From the NCBI GenBank assembly GCA_951406725.2, contig OX597827.1:64976001-65040000 (forward strand): a DNA stretch of 64,000 nucleotides, in the 5' to 3' direction. Within the stretch, counting starts at the first letter, position 1; every line of letters begins with the position of its first letter. Of the stretch, positions 38,968-52,167 are shown one piece after another. The notes below the pieces were generated by a model that was not told the origin of the DNA, did no database searches, and was given only the letters and a program-made list of their open reading frames with translations. The translations under genes and the position numbers were made by a program. Source of the DNA: Octopus vulgaris (Eukaryota).

Positions 38968-39945
38968 CGGGGTGGGGGTTGTATGCTTGTGTATGTCTTT
39001 CGTCGTATTTTGAATTTTGTCCAGGTATGTGTGAGCAAAAATACCAGAACCTTTGTAACAATATTGTTTTATATTTCTTCTCGATCCTTTCAATCTAGCC
39101 CACAAGGGTTCATAATTTACAGAATCAGTTTAACATCTAGCTGGATATCTTTGATTATTCATTTCTATATTTATTGCTGGCTTTGTGCCTAAATCAGTAA
39201 ACTTTCTTCTATCATTACCATTATTACTTAGCTAATTTTATAGTAATTGCATGCTACCATCGGAAAACTACGTACAGCATTATTATGAACGATGATTCTC
39301 TCCGTTTTAATATATTGAATTTACTCTGTCTGTGGTTTATATGCAGCGTCTAGTAGCTAAATTATTTTCTCTGTCGTGTAGGTGTGCGAGCATTCTGGAA
39401 ATTGTCTCATGTATATTTCAGTGTTTCTGTGTATTATTTGAATTGTAGTCATTTCTATTGGAATTATGTCTGCGGCCAATCCCACTGATGTGTATTTTGT
39501 TTGCAATTTGTACTCTTTATCTTATATTGTCTTTGGACGTATTTCAGAAAATGTACGGCACTCCTTGCTCCCATTATCTCCCATTATTATCATCTTATGA
39601 AGGAGGAACCACTTGTCTATAGATATTCAATTACTTCACCGTGAAAACACAGGTGGTCATTCTCTTAAATACAACATCCAGTTCTTCGCAATATAATTAG
39701 AGATATGTTTACAACCGCTGAAAAATTCAAATCTAGAGTTTTTTCGTGTGGTAGAGCTCTTAGATAAAGATATGAACTCTTTCAACTATACATTGCTTAC
39801 ATTTATTTCATCTATTAAGATAAGGTGTGGATTTTTTAAATTGTTTTCCACTTAAACACATGTTGTGTTGCATCAGATTTCAAACTTCTTACGTGGCCAG
39901 CCATCTGAGTAGCTTTGCTTTTTTCCTTATGTCGGAAGGAGGCTG

Positions 39946-39978
<33 letters not shown>

Positions 39979-39998
39979 GTTAGATTATATAGTGTGTG

Positions 39999-40041
<43 letters not shown>

Positions 40042-40547
40042 AACATTGATATGAGAAGAAACATCAGATTCGAGTCAACAACCTTATATAACACCACGCT
40101 TCAATACGTTTGATGATATATAAATATTACCATGGCCTTTAATATATAAAGTATACATATAAAAAACACAGAAAATAAAAAACGATATAGAACAGACTAT
40201 CAAGTAAGTATATACAATCAACTAAAAATGTAAAATGTGTCATGCGACTAAAATATGAATCGCCTAAATATTTTTTACTCCCCTCAATTAAAAATATGGC
40301 AAAAAAGTTCATTTCATAAAAACCATGGTAGGTTGGCGTCCAGGAGCGCAAGAGGGTTCCACAAAATCAAGTCAAACTCATCTATGCCCATGTCGGGAGT
40401 TCACTGCCGCTATTCCATCCCCATCATCAGGATGAACAGGAATATCAACAATTTGATGTTGGTTCTTCTACCGTAGGAGCGGCATTGTGGCAAGTAGCTT
40501 GCCGGATAATTGAAGAGATGGCCGGATAACTGAAGAGATGGCGGCGT

Positions 40548-40663
40548 GAATATTTGCTGTAGCCCATCATTTTATACCAAGACAAAACACTGTACATGAT
40601 AACACTTCCAATCAGTTAAGATCAGATGCCATGAGAGTCAGCGCCTGGTGTTGCATCGGGGCA
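40548..40663. mobile_element. Partial inverted copy of the 4395-4921 repeat, abutting (TTC)n/(ATC)n
   Basis: gaatatttgctgtagcccatc...cttccaatcagttaagatcaga.gccatgagag...tgcatcggggca. Confidence 0.85.
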
Positions 40664-41262
40664 CTTCTTCTTCTTCTTCTTCTTCTTCCTGTTCTTCCTC
40701 TTCTTCTTCTTCTTCTTCTTCTTCTTCTTCTTCTTCTTCTTCTTCTTCATCCTCCTCATCATCATCATCATCATCATCAACATCATCATCATCATCTTCT
40801 TCTTCTTCTTCTTCTTCTTCTTCTTCTTCTTCAGTTTAATACCACCTTAATCGATTTAAAATAGATACAGGTAGGTGAAAAAATTTATAGCGTCTGTAAT
40901 AGTAAACATACAATACGTTCGAAAAGTCGGTTCCGCAAAAATAGCCTTAATTCTTGATTTCGATTTCTTTGTACAAAGCCTAGAACATCAGCAGAATGAC
41001 GAATGAGACAGTTGTTCTTTATATCATCTCTGAGTTATTTTGATGAGAAATTTCACACATAAACTTTTATAACAATTAGTTTTCTTTAAATTCTATAACT
41101 TTTGAAACAATATATCACACGCTCATACATTCGTAATACACACACTTGTGTAGGTACACACATATATATATAGGTATATTTATACCTACTCTCATAATAT
41201 ATACATACATACACATATATGTTCTTATACATAAGTATACATACATATATACATATACATAC

Positions 41263-41311
<49 letters not shown>

Positions 41312-41312
41312 A

Positions 41313-41371
<59 letters not shown>

Positions 41372-41744
41372 TGTGTGTATATGTATGTGTGGGTGCGTGT
41401 GCATGCTCGTATACGTTCATTAATATGTGTATATGTGGATGTAGTCTTTGCTTATAATTCATTTATCACAGTTGAACATCATAGCAATTTTTGTTTAGAA
41501 TAATATTTTTTCATGAATTCCCAAAACGCACGCTTCTAAACACACACTCATAAAAACACAGCTGCACGCACACATAAATCATACATACACACATAAAATA
41601 CACTCAGACACACACACACACCCGGGAGCTGAAAAATTTAACTAAATAATAAACACAAAGACATCGCTACATATATACTTACATACTTATATACATACAA
41701 GCATACAGTTATACACACACACATATATATGTATGTGAGTATAT

Positions 41745-41792
<48 letters not shown>

Positions 41793-41903
41793 GTAAATAT
41801 ATGTAAATATATATGCTTTCCATCTATAAGAACATACATATACATGCATATATACATACTTAAATGCATACAAACACATATATATATACTTAAATATATA
41901 TAT

Positions 41904-41972
<69 letters not shown>

Positions 41973-42464
41973 CATACATATATATATTCATACATACTAA
42001 TATAAAGAATTGCATACATGTCTGTATTTTTCACTAGCCTCGTCTGTCTCACTCTCACTCTTTCCTTCACATTCACTCTCTCTCTCTCCCCCTTTCTCTT
42101 TCTTCCTTCTCTCCCTCCCTCCCATTCTCTTTCTCTTTCTCTTAAACAGTTACGTTTTCTGTATATTACAAAATTAAGTGTAAATTAAAAACAATATTGG
42201 ATAAAAGTTCCACAAAGTTTTAATTCAATTTGTAAGCGTATAATTTTATAGTTTATTATCAACTATTTTTGTTGTCATCGTCAAAATAAATATCAATTTT
42301 TTTTTCCTTTTTGCTAGACAGGGGACAGAGGGCTGCTGGGAAGGCTAGATTTTTATTCTTATTCTGTTACAATTGTTTGTCATCTCCATTTTGCGGTTTT
42401 GTTTGTTTAGTGAGCTTATTTGTAGTTTAGTTTTATAACTCTTGCCCCACCTACACCATCTGCT

Positions 42465-42910
42465 CTTCATCATCATCATCATCATCAATCATCATCATGG
42501 TCGTCGACGTCATTATCATCATCGTTATCATCATCATCACCATCACCACCACTGCCATCTTCATCATCAAAATCCACATTTTTATCATTCTACCTCCACC
42601 CACCGTCCTTATTCTCCTGCGCATTCTCCTCATCGACATCATCAAGTTTAATGTCAATAATGATGGTCATGGAGACAGAAATTCTTGTGGTGGTTGCGAT
42701 GATGATGATGATGACGATGATGATGATGATGACGATGATGACGATGATGATGATGAGGATGATGATGATGATGATGATCATAATGATGATAATGAAGATG
42801 ATGATGAATATAATGATGATGATGATGATGATGATGATGAAGAAGATAATGATGATGATGATGATGATGATGATGAGAATGATGATGATGATTATGATGA
42901 TGATGATAAT
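42465..42910. repeat. (CAT)n followed by (GAT)n tracts
   Basis: Directly visible. Confidence 0.95.
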
Positions 42911-43087
42911 TGTTTTCTTTACCGTCGTCATAGTTCAGCACATCCTCATCAACGTCATAATTGATTTTCATTGTTTTTTTAAATTTTTTTTTTCATTTTT
43001 CTATTATTTCATGAAGAAAACAAAACATACGTACAAAAATTTAACTTTGAAGTATAGATTATGTATATACATGCATAATCACACACA

Positions 43088-43143
<56 letters not shown>

Positions 43144-43243
43144 TACATACGAACATACATACGCACTTATGTATACAGACATATACGCAGGGTGTGTATT
43201 TATGTGCATATTTTGTTTTTAAAAATTATAATATACATAATTT

Positions 43244-43289
<46 letters not shown>

Positions 43290-43572
43290 CCATAAATATA
43301 TATATATATCCTTATGAAAATGTCTCTGTGCGTTTGTGTATATACGGACACAAACACTTATATATGTATATATATATTTATATTTATATATATATATAAG
43401 TGGCTGTATGTGTGTTTATATATATATGTACATATAAATTCCTATAAATGCATGTATATATAATCACACAAACATATATATTATATATGTATATATACAT
43501 ATATATATATGAATATATGTATATATACATACATACATACTTATATATATATATATGAATATATGTATATAT

Positions 43573-43622
<50 letters not shown>

Positions 43623-43631
43623 CACACAAAC

Positions 43632-43719
<88 letters not shown>

Positions 43720-43854
43720 CATATACATATCGTGTGTAGGCATTTGTATAGATATTCCTATTTCAGAAACAATTTAGTCAGTTTAATTACTATATTTTCT
43801 GTAATTATGAGCACTTCCTCTATAATAAGGTAACAGACTTACACATGCATACGT

Positions 43855-43904
<50 letters not shown>

Positions 43905-44282
43905 ACATGCACACACACACACATTCACACATATCCGTACGGTAGTCTTTCGTTTAGTTGGTTAGGCGTATGTCTAATATGTTATATATATGCGACTTAT
44001 AATTAACCGAATTTCCTGCCCGTGAAGTTTTCCTGGGAATTTTTTGTTTATTCTCTCATTTTTTTACTGTCGATGAATGCGATGTTTCCTTTGTCCACTT
44101 AGCATGAAGCTATTATGGTGTTTTGTGTCATCATCGTTACTTTATTCATCTTGGTCCTCTGTACAAACACAGACACACACATATATGTACACACATATAC
44201 CTAGACGCAGACAGACATACACACAGCCTTACGCACGCACGCATATATTTATACAAATATACATATGTGTATATTTATGTAT

Positions 44283-44315
<33 letters not shown>

Positions 44316-44327
44316 TATATGTATATA

Positions 44328-44750
44328 GGCGAAGAAGTGGGTGTGTGGTAAGTAGCTTGCTAAACAACCACATGGTTCCGGGTTCAGTCCCACTGCGTGG
44401 CATCTTGGGCAAGTGTCTTCTGCTATAGCCCCGGGCCGACCAATGTCTTGTGAGTGGATTTGGTAGACAGAAACTGAAAGAAGCCTGTCGTATATATGTG
44501 TATATATATATATATATGTATGTATGTGTGTGTGTTTGTGTATCTGTGTTTGTCCCCCTAGCATTGCTTGACAACCGATGCTGGTGTGCTTACGTCCTCG
44601 TCACTTAGCGGTTCAGCAAAAGAGACTGATAGAATAAGTTCTGGGCTTACAAATAATAAGTCCCGGGGTCGATTTGCTCGACTAATGGCGGTGCTCCAGC
44701 ATGGCCGCAGTCAAATGACTGAAAGAAGTATAAGAGTAAAAAGTAAAAGA
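44328..44750 (+). mobile_element. Full-length family C SINE
   Basis: B box GGTTCAGTCCC, CORE-like cttgggcaagtgtctt motif and tail ggcggtgctccagcatggccgcagtcaaatgactgaaa. An extra tail fragment lies at ~45021-45130. Confidence 0.92.
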
Positions 44751-45174
44751 ATATATGATATGAACATGTGTGTGTGAGAGTGTATCTGTCTGTATGTGTT
44801 TCTGTATGCGCATATGTGTGACTATTGGTGTGTAGATATATAGAAATATTTTGTAAATGGTGAGTCAAATGATATATGAGAAAAATGTGCTGACCCAAAA
44901 GAGATACAAGTAACATTTAAAATTTGGCTTTGCGCATACTCTCACGCACGCGAACACACACACACATATTCACATATGCACACAAGCAAACACACACAAC
45001 ATACACAGACACACACGCACGATAGAATAAGTACTAGACTTACAATGAATAAGTCCTGGGGTAGATTTTCTCTACTAAAGGTGGTGCTCCAGCATGGCTT
45101 CAGTCAAATGACAGCAACATGTAAAAGAATAAAATAATAAAAGAATATATATATATATATATATATGTTATTAT

Positions 45175-45862
45175 TTTATATTATATTGAGGGCACTACTA
45201 TTCGTAGATACCAACACGCTAAGAGGGACCAATGCGGTCAAAACTACTAAAAATAAACAAAATTTTACCGAATGCAAAACTTCAAAACACATCATTTTAA
45301 AAAAGAATTCAGTTACATATCACATGTGATTTCGCATTTAAATGCAGAATATGCATTTTATGTTCATCAGTGCAACAAACTCAAGAAATATAAGAGAAAA
45401 ACATAACATTACAAGCTCGATAGCCAACCGTAGAATTCGTCGTAGCATGTCCGAATGTTTATCTTTACATATCTATGAAAATGGCGGGCTTATTCGCAAT
45501 GCATTTCGGTACCAAATTGTCTATTCGGAATAAAAATTCAGTATTGAACTATTCCGGTGAAAAATATAAATTAACAATTGAGGATAACATCTTTAAAAGA
45601 AATTATCAGTAGTCAGCGTGAAAAACCTCGTAAGAGAAAAAATCCGTAAATTCTTCCTCTTTGAAAATATTCATTTATATTATATTGAGGGCACTACTAT
45701 TCGTAGATACCAACACGCTAAGAGGGACCAATTCGGTCAAAACTACTAAAAATAAACAACATTTTACCGAATGCAAAACTTCAAAACACATCATTTTAAA
45801 AAAGAATTCAGTTACATATCACATGTGATTTCGCATTTAAATGCAGAATATGCATTTTATGC
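45175..45862 (-). mobile_element. Pseudo-LTR/retrozyme-like unit with 188-bp direct repeats, period 499
   Basis: 45175-45362 and 45674-45861 are nearly identical, between (TA)n-rich flanks; contains a hammerhead. Confidence 0.88.
45313..45375 (-). ncRNA. Type I hammerhead ribozyme, complete core
   Basis: UUGCA-CUGAUGA-ACAUAAAAUGCA-UAUUC-UGCAUUUAAAUGC-GAAA-UCACAUGUGA-UA-UGUAA, with the 12-nt palindrome AUCACAUGUGAU as stem III. Confidence 0.87.
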
Positions 45863-45947
45863 ATATTTATAAATTTATAAATTTATAAATTTATAAATTA
45901 TATATATATATGTATATATACATACATATCTCTATATAAATACATAC

Positions 45948-45982
<35 letters not shown>

Positions 45983-45988
45983 CATACA

Positions 45989-46043
<55 letters not shown>

Positions 46044-46084
46044 ATATATATATATGTATATCATGTGTATCTGTCTATCCATCC

Positions 46085-46126
<42 letters not shown>

Positions 46127-46130
<4 letters not shown>

Positions 46131-46460
46131 GGTAAAGACCCCCTTCGGTCATGAATGACCATGGGATTGCACCTAGAAAGTTACCTTCCTATATACAAGT
46201 CCGGGCAAGGTTGTTTATGGAAGGCCAGCAGTCGCCCATGCATACCAGCCTCCCCTCTCCACGCCACCAGTGTTATCCAAGGGAAAGACAAAGGTCGATA
46301 CAGCTTGGCACCAGTGACGTCGCAACTCATTTCTACAGCTGAGTGAACTGGAGCAACGTGAAATAAAGTGCCTTGCTCGAGAACACAACACGCAGCCCGG
46401 TCCGGGATTCGAGCTCACAACCTCACGATCGTAAGCTCGACGCTCTAACCACTGAGCCAT
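46127..46460 (-). mobile_element. tRNA-derived SINE, family D
   Basis: A box TGGCTCAGTGG, B box GAGCTCGAATCC and gagcaaggcacttt core. Second copy at 62246-62574. Confidence 0.9.
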
Positions 46461-47350
46461 ATATATAATACATTTTGGATGAAAGTTCATAGGCTTTATT
46501 AATGTACCCCGACATATGTTTCTGCCTCCCAAACGTTCTTATGGCCATTAGTTAGGAATGTTTCCTATTCATAAGTTATTCTTTAAGATTATTCATAATA
46601 ATATGTGAATCTCAATTTTGCCTCTATCAAAATGTGTATGCTTATTCAGGCGTTACATTTGTGCCTTTTGCCTCCTGTCTAATTTATTTACTTTAAGACA
46701 CTTACCATTTTACACGAATCAATATAAAAATCTCCTTTTAGGTTTTTTGGGCGTTACTTGCGAATCGTCACAGGAAACCCCAAAAAAAACAAAAAAAAAA
46801 AACCAGAAAAGGAAACAAACATCAGAGTTGACCAGAAAGGTCAAACCACCATTACTCTCCGTGGGTTGTTGCTTATGAGTAAACAAACAGAGGAAACAAT
46901 AAAACAAATATTCATTACCAGTAAGGAACAAATCAAGAAAATAAAGGATAAAATTCCCATAAAGGCGGTGTAATTAACTATGTTATATCGCTATGATACC
47001 AACTCTCCCTTTAGAGGCACCGCATTTATAGATCAAATCTAAGATAATGACGATCTATCGTCTGCTCTGATTTCTACGTTTTCGTCTCGCCTGAGATCAT
47101 TTATCATTAGATTGACAGTGAAGAAAGTTAAACATTACACTGTTAACTTAAGTGCTTTTCATAAATATATTATTTTGTTCCTGTTATAAGCTATGTTTAT
47201 ATACATCAATTAGTGATTGTTGGGCGGCTACGTATTACTTTCTTAAAGTGGTGTACTGTTTACTCACAATTCTTGTTCTCTTGTTCTTAATTCACCCCCG
47301 TTGTTTTCATTTAATCATTTACATTTCCTATTTTTGCGGGCATATATATA

Positions 47351-47478
<128 letters not shown>

Positions 47479-47561
47479 GGTCCCGGGTTGATTCGGGGTT
47501 AACCACAGTAAATAAGGTACTCAATACATAGCAGAGTAAAATTAATTTATTATATAGAATT

Positions 47562-47610
<49 letters not shown>

Positions 47611-48957
47611 CATATATATATATATATATAGATATATATGTATGTATTCATTAGCGTTGTTGATTAGATATATCTTCGTGATCCTTAAAATTTCCTAATT
47701 TACTCCGTGAATCTATTATTTGCAAACACAGAGATCATTGTGATACATATATCATATTAATTACGATTCTAAAACAACTAGATAAGGATATAATTTTTAA
47801 TGCACAATAATTATAGTTCACACAGAGAGTATTATCCAATTAATTACGGTATTATGTGCACAACATTTTTCCTTATCAAATATTCATAGGAAAGATATAT
47901 TCAGGTTGATTAACATATCAAGTTATATTAATTATATAGTTTATAGCACTCTGGCATGCGGTAAAACTTGGACGACGTCTTTTATTGCGTTATTTCATGT
48001 AAACTTACGTTGTTTGTTTATAATCTTGTTGTTGTGCAAAGTATATTCCAGTCGAATAACATATTAACATTACATTAGTATACATACTTATAGCGGTATA
48101 CGTAATAATTACCAACTACGATAGCCATAAAATTTTGCACCGGTATCTGTAATAATTACAGTGTAAGCTAGCCATAAATGTTTGCAATAATACTATTATG
48201 TATTATAATCCACGTCGTTTGTTCGTGCTCATCAGCTCTTCCACGAAATTGTTCCCTATACTATCCAGGAATGTTTGGTGTTGCTTTTTAGTAATTATTT
48301 TTTATCAAAATACGCAAAAATATTTTTAATTCTGTGGTTGTATATCAAGATGATTTCAGAATACCTACTAACTATTTGTCCTTTACAAAGAATAATTTCA
48401 AGTCTTTGTTCTAAGTCCAAGTTACAGACTCCGGTTGTCCATTATAAGGTTTAGCACTTCTCAATATAGACCATTTTGATATATACTCCTTTGCATTTCG
48501 TTTTAACTTCCAGATGAGACACGATAATGAAGTGTAGCTATTTTGGTTTCAAGGGAAAAAGATGCGATGAGGTTTCTCGGGCGGTGTTTCACCAAATCAC
48601 TTGTTGCACCTATGTACATATATTTTTGGGAATCTCTTTGAACTTCACATTTATATATATATAATATTTAACCTCATGCAGTTATTTTGGAACTTGCATT
48701 CACTTTTAACCCTACAGTTGCTTCCTAAGGAGTCGTTTTTCGTATTCCAGTACTTTCTTTTTTTGCACTCTTATTTTTGTTGTTCAGTTCCCTTTTGGAA
48801 TGTATGTTTCTAACATCATATTTGTTGACTAATGTCCGCGCTTCTTAAGAGGTCCGATTTGGTTTCTACTTATTCTAATGTCTGAATCGTCTGTTATAGA
48901 AATATTACTATCTTCATTCATGGTCTGTTTCTTACAATATTTATTACATCATTTGGG

Positions 48958-49904
48958 TTCTTCGATCTTCTGTGATGCGATCTTTGCAGTGTGGGGTCAC
49001 GCATTGTCCTGATGAAACATTACTCCTTTTCGATTCACTAAAGCGGGTCTTTTTTTCTTCAATGCTTGGAACAAACGCTCTAATTGCTGACTGTAGACTT
49101 GATCATTGATTGTTGCATTAGGTGGTAACAATTCAAAGTGAATTACTCCTTTGCAATCACAGCAAATAGAGAGAAGAATCTTTTCCCCATGAAGTTCCCT
49201 TCTCGGTTGTGGTTGAGCTTTGTTCCTTTTACCAATCCACTGTTTACGACGTTTAACACCTCGATAAAAGATCCATTTTTCGTCACCAGTCACATGTCTA
49301 TCCAAAAAGAGTGAAATGATTTCGCGAGAACGGAGAGAAGAGCAGATGTCAACTCGGAATTTGCAGTTGCTTTCGTACAATTCATGAAGCACCGAATTTC
49401 CAAATTTAGGAACCTTTCCAAGTTGTTGAAGAAGAAGATTAACAGTTGTATGGTTTGAACGAAGCTTTATTGTCAATTCTTCAACTGACAATGCATGATT
49501 TTCTTCTAGTATTGCCCTCAAGGATCATATCATCAAACTCAACAGGACGTCCTGTTCGATCTTCATCTTCAGGGATGATATATCCACTTCTGAATTTTGC
49601 AAACGATCTACTGAAACTTCTTTCATTGAAACAGTATTTCCCATAAACTGAGTGTATGTTTCGAGGCGCTTCGGCTGTTGTACTCATAAAACATTATGTG
49701 CCTCAAATGCTCTTCGGATATTTCTATGTTGAAAAGATTTTTAATCAAAGTAATTTTAATTCTATTATTCTGTAAAATAATACTTAATTAGTTAAATGTA
49801 CACAAACCTATACAAATAATTTTCAATTCCATTAGACATTCTAAAATACCATTAAATTTCATTCAGTTTAATAAATCTGAAATCGGACAGAATTTATGGG
49901 ATGA

Positions 49905-49908
<4 letters not shown>
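48958..49908 (-). mobile_element. Mariner transposon, 3'-truncated, with frameshifted transposase pseudogene
   Basis: ORFs 49481-49687 (HTH, RTGRP) and 48997-49521 (VTGDEKWIFY, KGVIHFELL, FHQDNA*PH). TIR-like taggtcatcccataaattctgtccga abuts (TA)n. Confidence 0.93.
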
Positions 49909-49986
<78 letters not shown>

Positions 49987-49996
49987 TGTATGTATG

Positions 49997-50063
<67 letters not shown>

Positions 50064-50999
50064 GAACTTCAAAATATAATTTCATTTTGATTTCGCTATG
50101 TGAACACGCTTTCAGATTCAATAATACGCTGTTATGATTTTATATCGCGTTTCTTGCTTTCCCAGTGACATTACGTACTTAAGTGATGTAAATTGAAATG
50201 GAATGGCTTCCATGCCAAGCGGTAGCCAAATGAAACTTACCCTATATTTTTCCTTGGCGCATATTCCCTCTCTACCTTATAGCACGAATCAATTTGTAAC
50301 GCGTAAACTTCTTTGACATCAATTTTGACTTGCTTTGTACAAAATGTCGATCATACAAATATTAACCTGACAGTTAATGTAAATAACGCTCTATTGTAAC
50401 CTATTGCTGAGAATCATATGAAGTCAACTACAAATATGAGGCAAGTGAACAGCAACGTATATAAAGTTATCTTACAAACATGACGTTATATCGTATATTT
50501 TCTTGGCTACTTGTTTCAGTCATCAGTCTACGACTGCGATGAAGCAATGCTTTGATGGGATTTGTTTGACAAGATTGACACTAGTGTTTAGATTTTAAGT
50601 TTGGTAGACATCCATCGTCCCCCTTTGTCGATCCGCTAATTTACGGAGTGAAGCAAACCAACACCAAGCTGTCGTGCGGTGGAGAGAGGCAAACGCAAAC
50701 ACATGCACACGCGCACGCACGCACACTCACATACAAAAATACAGACACACACATACGCACAAACATACACACAGACACAGAGACACACATGCGTGTACAT
50801 ATGTATGTGTGTATATATATATGCATAGATATACATATATATGTATATATATGTGTGTATGTGTGTATATATATGTATATATATACATATATATATACGT
50901 GTATATATATATATATGCATATATATGTATATATATAGATATTTATATGTATATACACACGCACATTCGACATGATAGACCACTAGCCACTAAACTTTT

Positions 51000-51158
51000 T
51001 CTGTTTTCTCTCCCTGTTGATTTCTGTGTTCCTTTTTGTCGAAGAGCCTAGGCTCGAAACGTAAAAGACACCCTCACTTCCCGAGCGTTAAACTAATACA
51101 TCTGTTTGTTGTTTACACACCCGTCTTCATCTTTTGTGTTTTTTTTGTAAAATCTCAC
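51000..51158 (+). mobile_element. Family H2 repeat with hammerhead-like motif (51032-51067)
   Basis: CUUU-UUGUCGA-AGAGC-CUAG-GCUC-GAAAC-GUA-AAAG. Confidence 0.75.
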
Positions 51159-51177
51159 TATATATATATATATTTAC

Positions 51178-51261
<84 letters not shown>

Positions 51262-51294
51262 AGAGGGTTGAAATGTAACACACGAGTTGATATG

Positions 51295-51744
51295 TATAAG
51301 GAAAATAGGTCAAGCCAGAAAATGCTAAGATAATTTTAACATAAAGAACATTTTAGTACCGGTTCCAGCCTTTGCGACTTTTTACACGTCGAGTAAAGAA
51401 ATTAAATTGTGGAAAAATTAAATGAAATGTTTCTTTTAAATATTTCTATAGTTTTCAAATAGGTGGCACATTTCCGTTTTTCTGTCTCCCTCTCTCTCTT
51501 TTACTTAGGTAATTAGTTGCAGATCTGAAGAGATATTTATACAAAACTAAAAATAGAGAGAGACAGAAAAAATGGATAATGTCCCTTATATTTGAAAACT
51601 ATGTATATATTTAAAATTTAAAAAAAAATCATTTTATTTCTCCCACAATCATTTGTCAGAAACCGGTACTAAAGTCAGAAACCGGTACTAAAACGTTCTT
51701 CATGATAAAAACATTTTTGCATTTTCTGCTTTGTCCTCTTCTCC

Positions 51745-51750
<6 letters not shown>
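51295..51750. mobile_element. ~450-bp imperfect fold-back element between (TA)n tracts
   Basis: cagaaaatgc..aagaacattttagtaccggtt..tagttttcaaata..ttttctgtctc is mirrored by gagacagaaaa..atttgaaaacta..aaccggtactaaaacgttctt..gcattttctg. Confidence 0.8.
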
Positions 51751-51786
<36 letters not shown>

Positions 51787-51957
51787 CTATTTATTAGTGA
51801 AGTCTCATAGATATTTAAAGTGCAAAAGTATATATTTATATGTTTTGTAATTGCAATTTCGCTTGTGAAACGAAACGATTGTAGATGAATATGCTGACGA
51901 ATTAATAAATTAATTTGTATCCATTGTATCTCTCTGTTTTCTAACTCGATAATAATG

Positions 51958-51994
<37 letters not shown>

Positions 51995-52039
51995 TTTGGA
52001 GAGAGAGAGAGAGAGAGAAAGAGAGATTTATAAAATGGC

Positions 52040-52167
52040 TTCCAATCAGTTTCCGCCTATCAGATTCACTCACAAGACAATCGTCACCAGCAGATATGAG
52101 AGAAGATACTTGCGAAGTGTGCCGAGCAATGTGACTGAACCCGATGCCGTGTGGTTACCACACCCAT
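52040..52167 (-). mobile_element. Decayed family C SINE 5' part
   Basis: cagtttccgcctatcagattcactcacaag..gaagatacttg..gactgaaccc..ttaccacac; a similar remnant lies at ~55030-55155. Confidence 0.7.

Noticed and set aside
39380-39600. Possible further Penelope coding remnants (also ~48100-48400)
   Set aside because: Only vague motif resemblance across multiple frameshifts; unsupported without a search.
42497-43295. Acidic poly-D and poly-M ORFs
   Set aside because: (GAT)n microsatellite artefacts.
48997-49687. Functional mariner transposase or SETMAR-like gene
   Set aside because: Frameshift, stop after QDNA, and missing third catalytic residue and 3' TIR.
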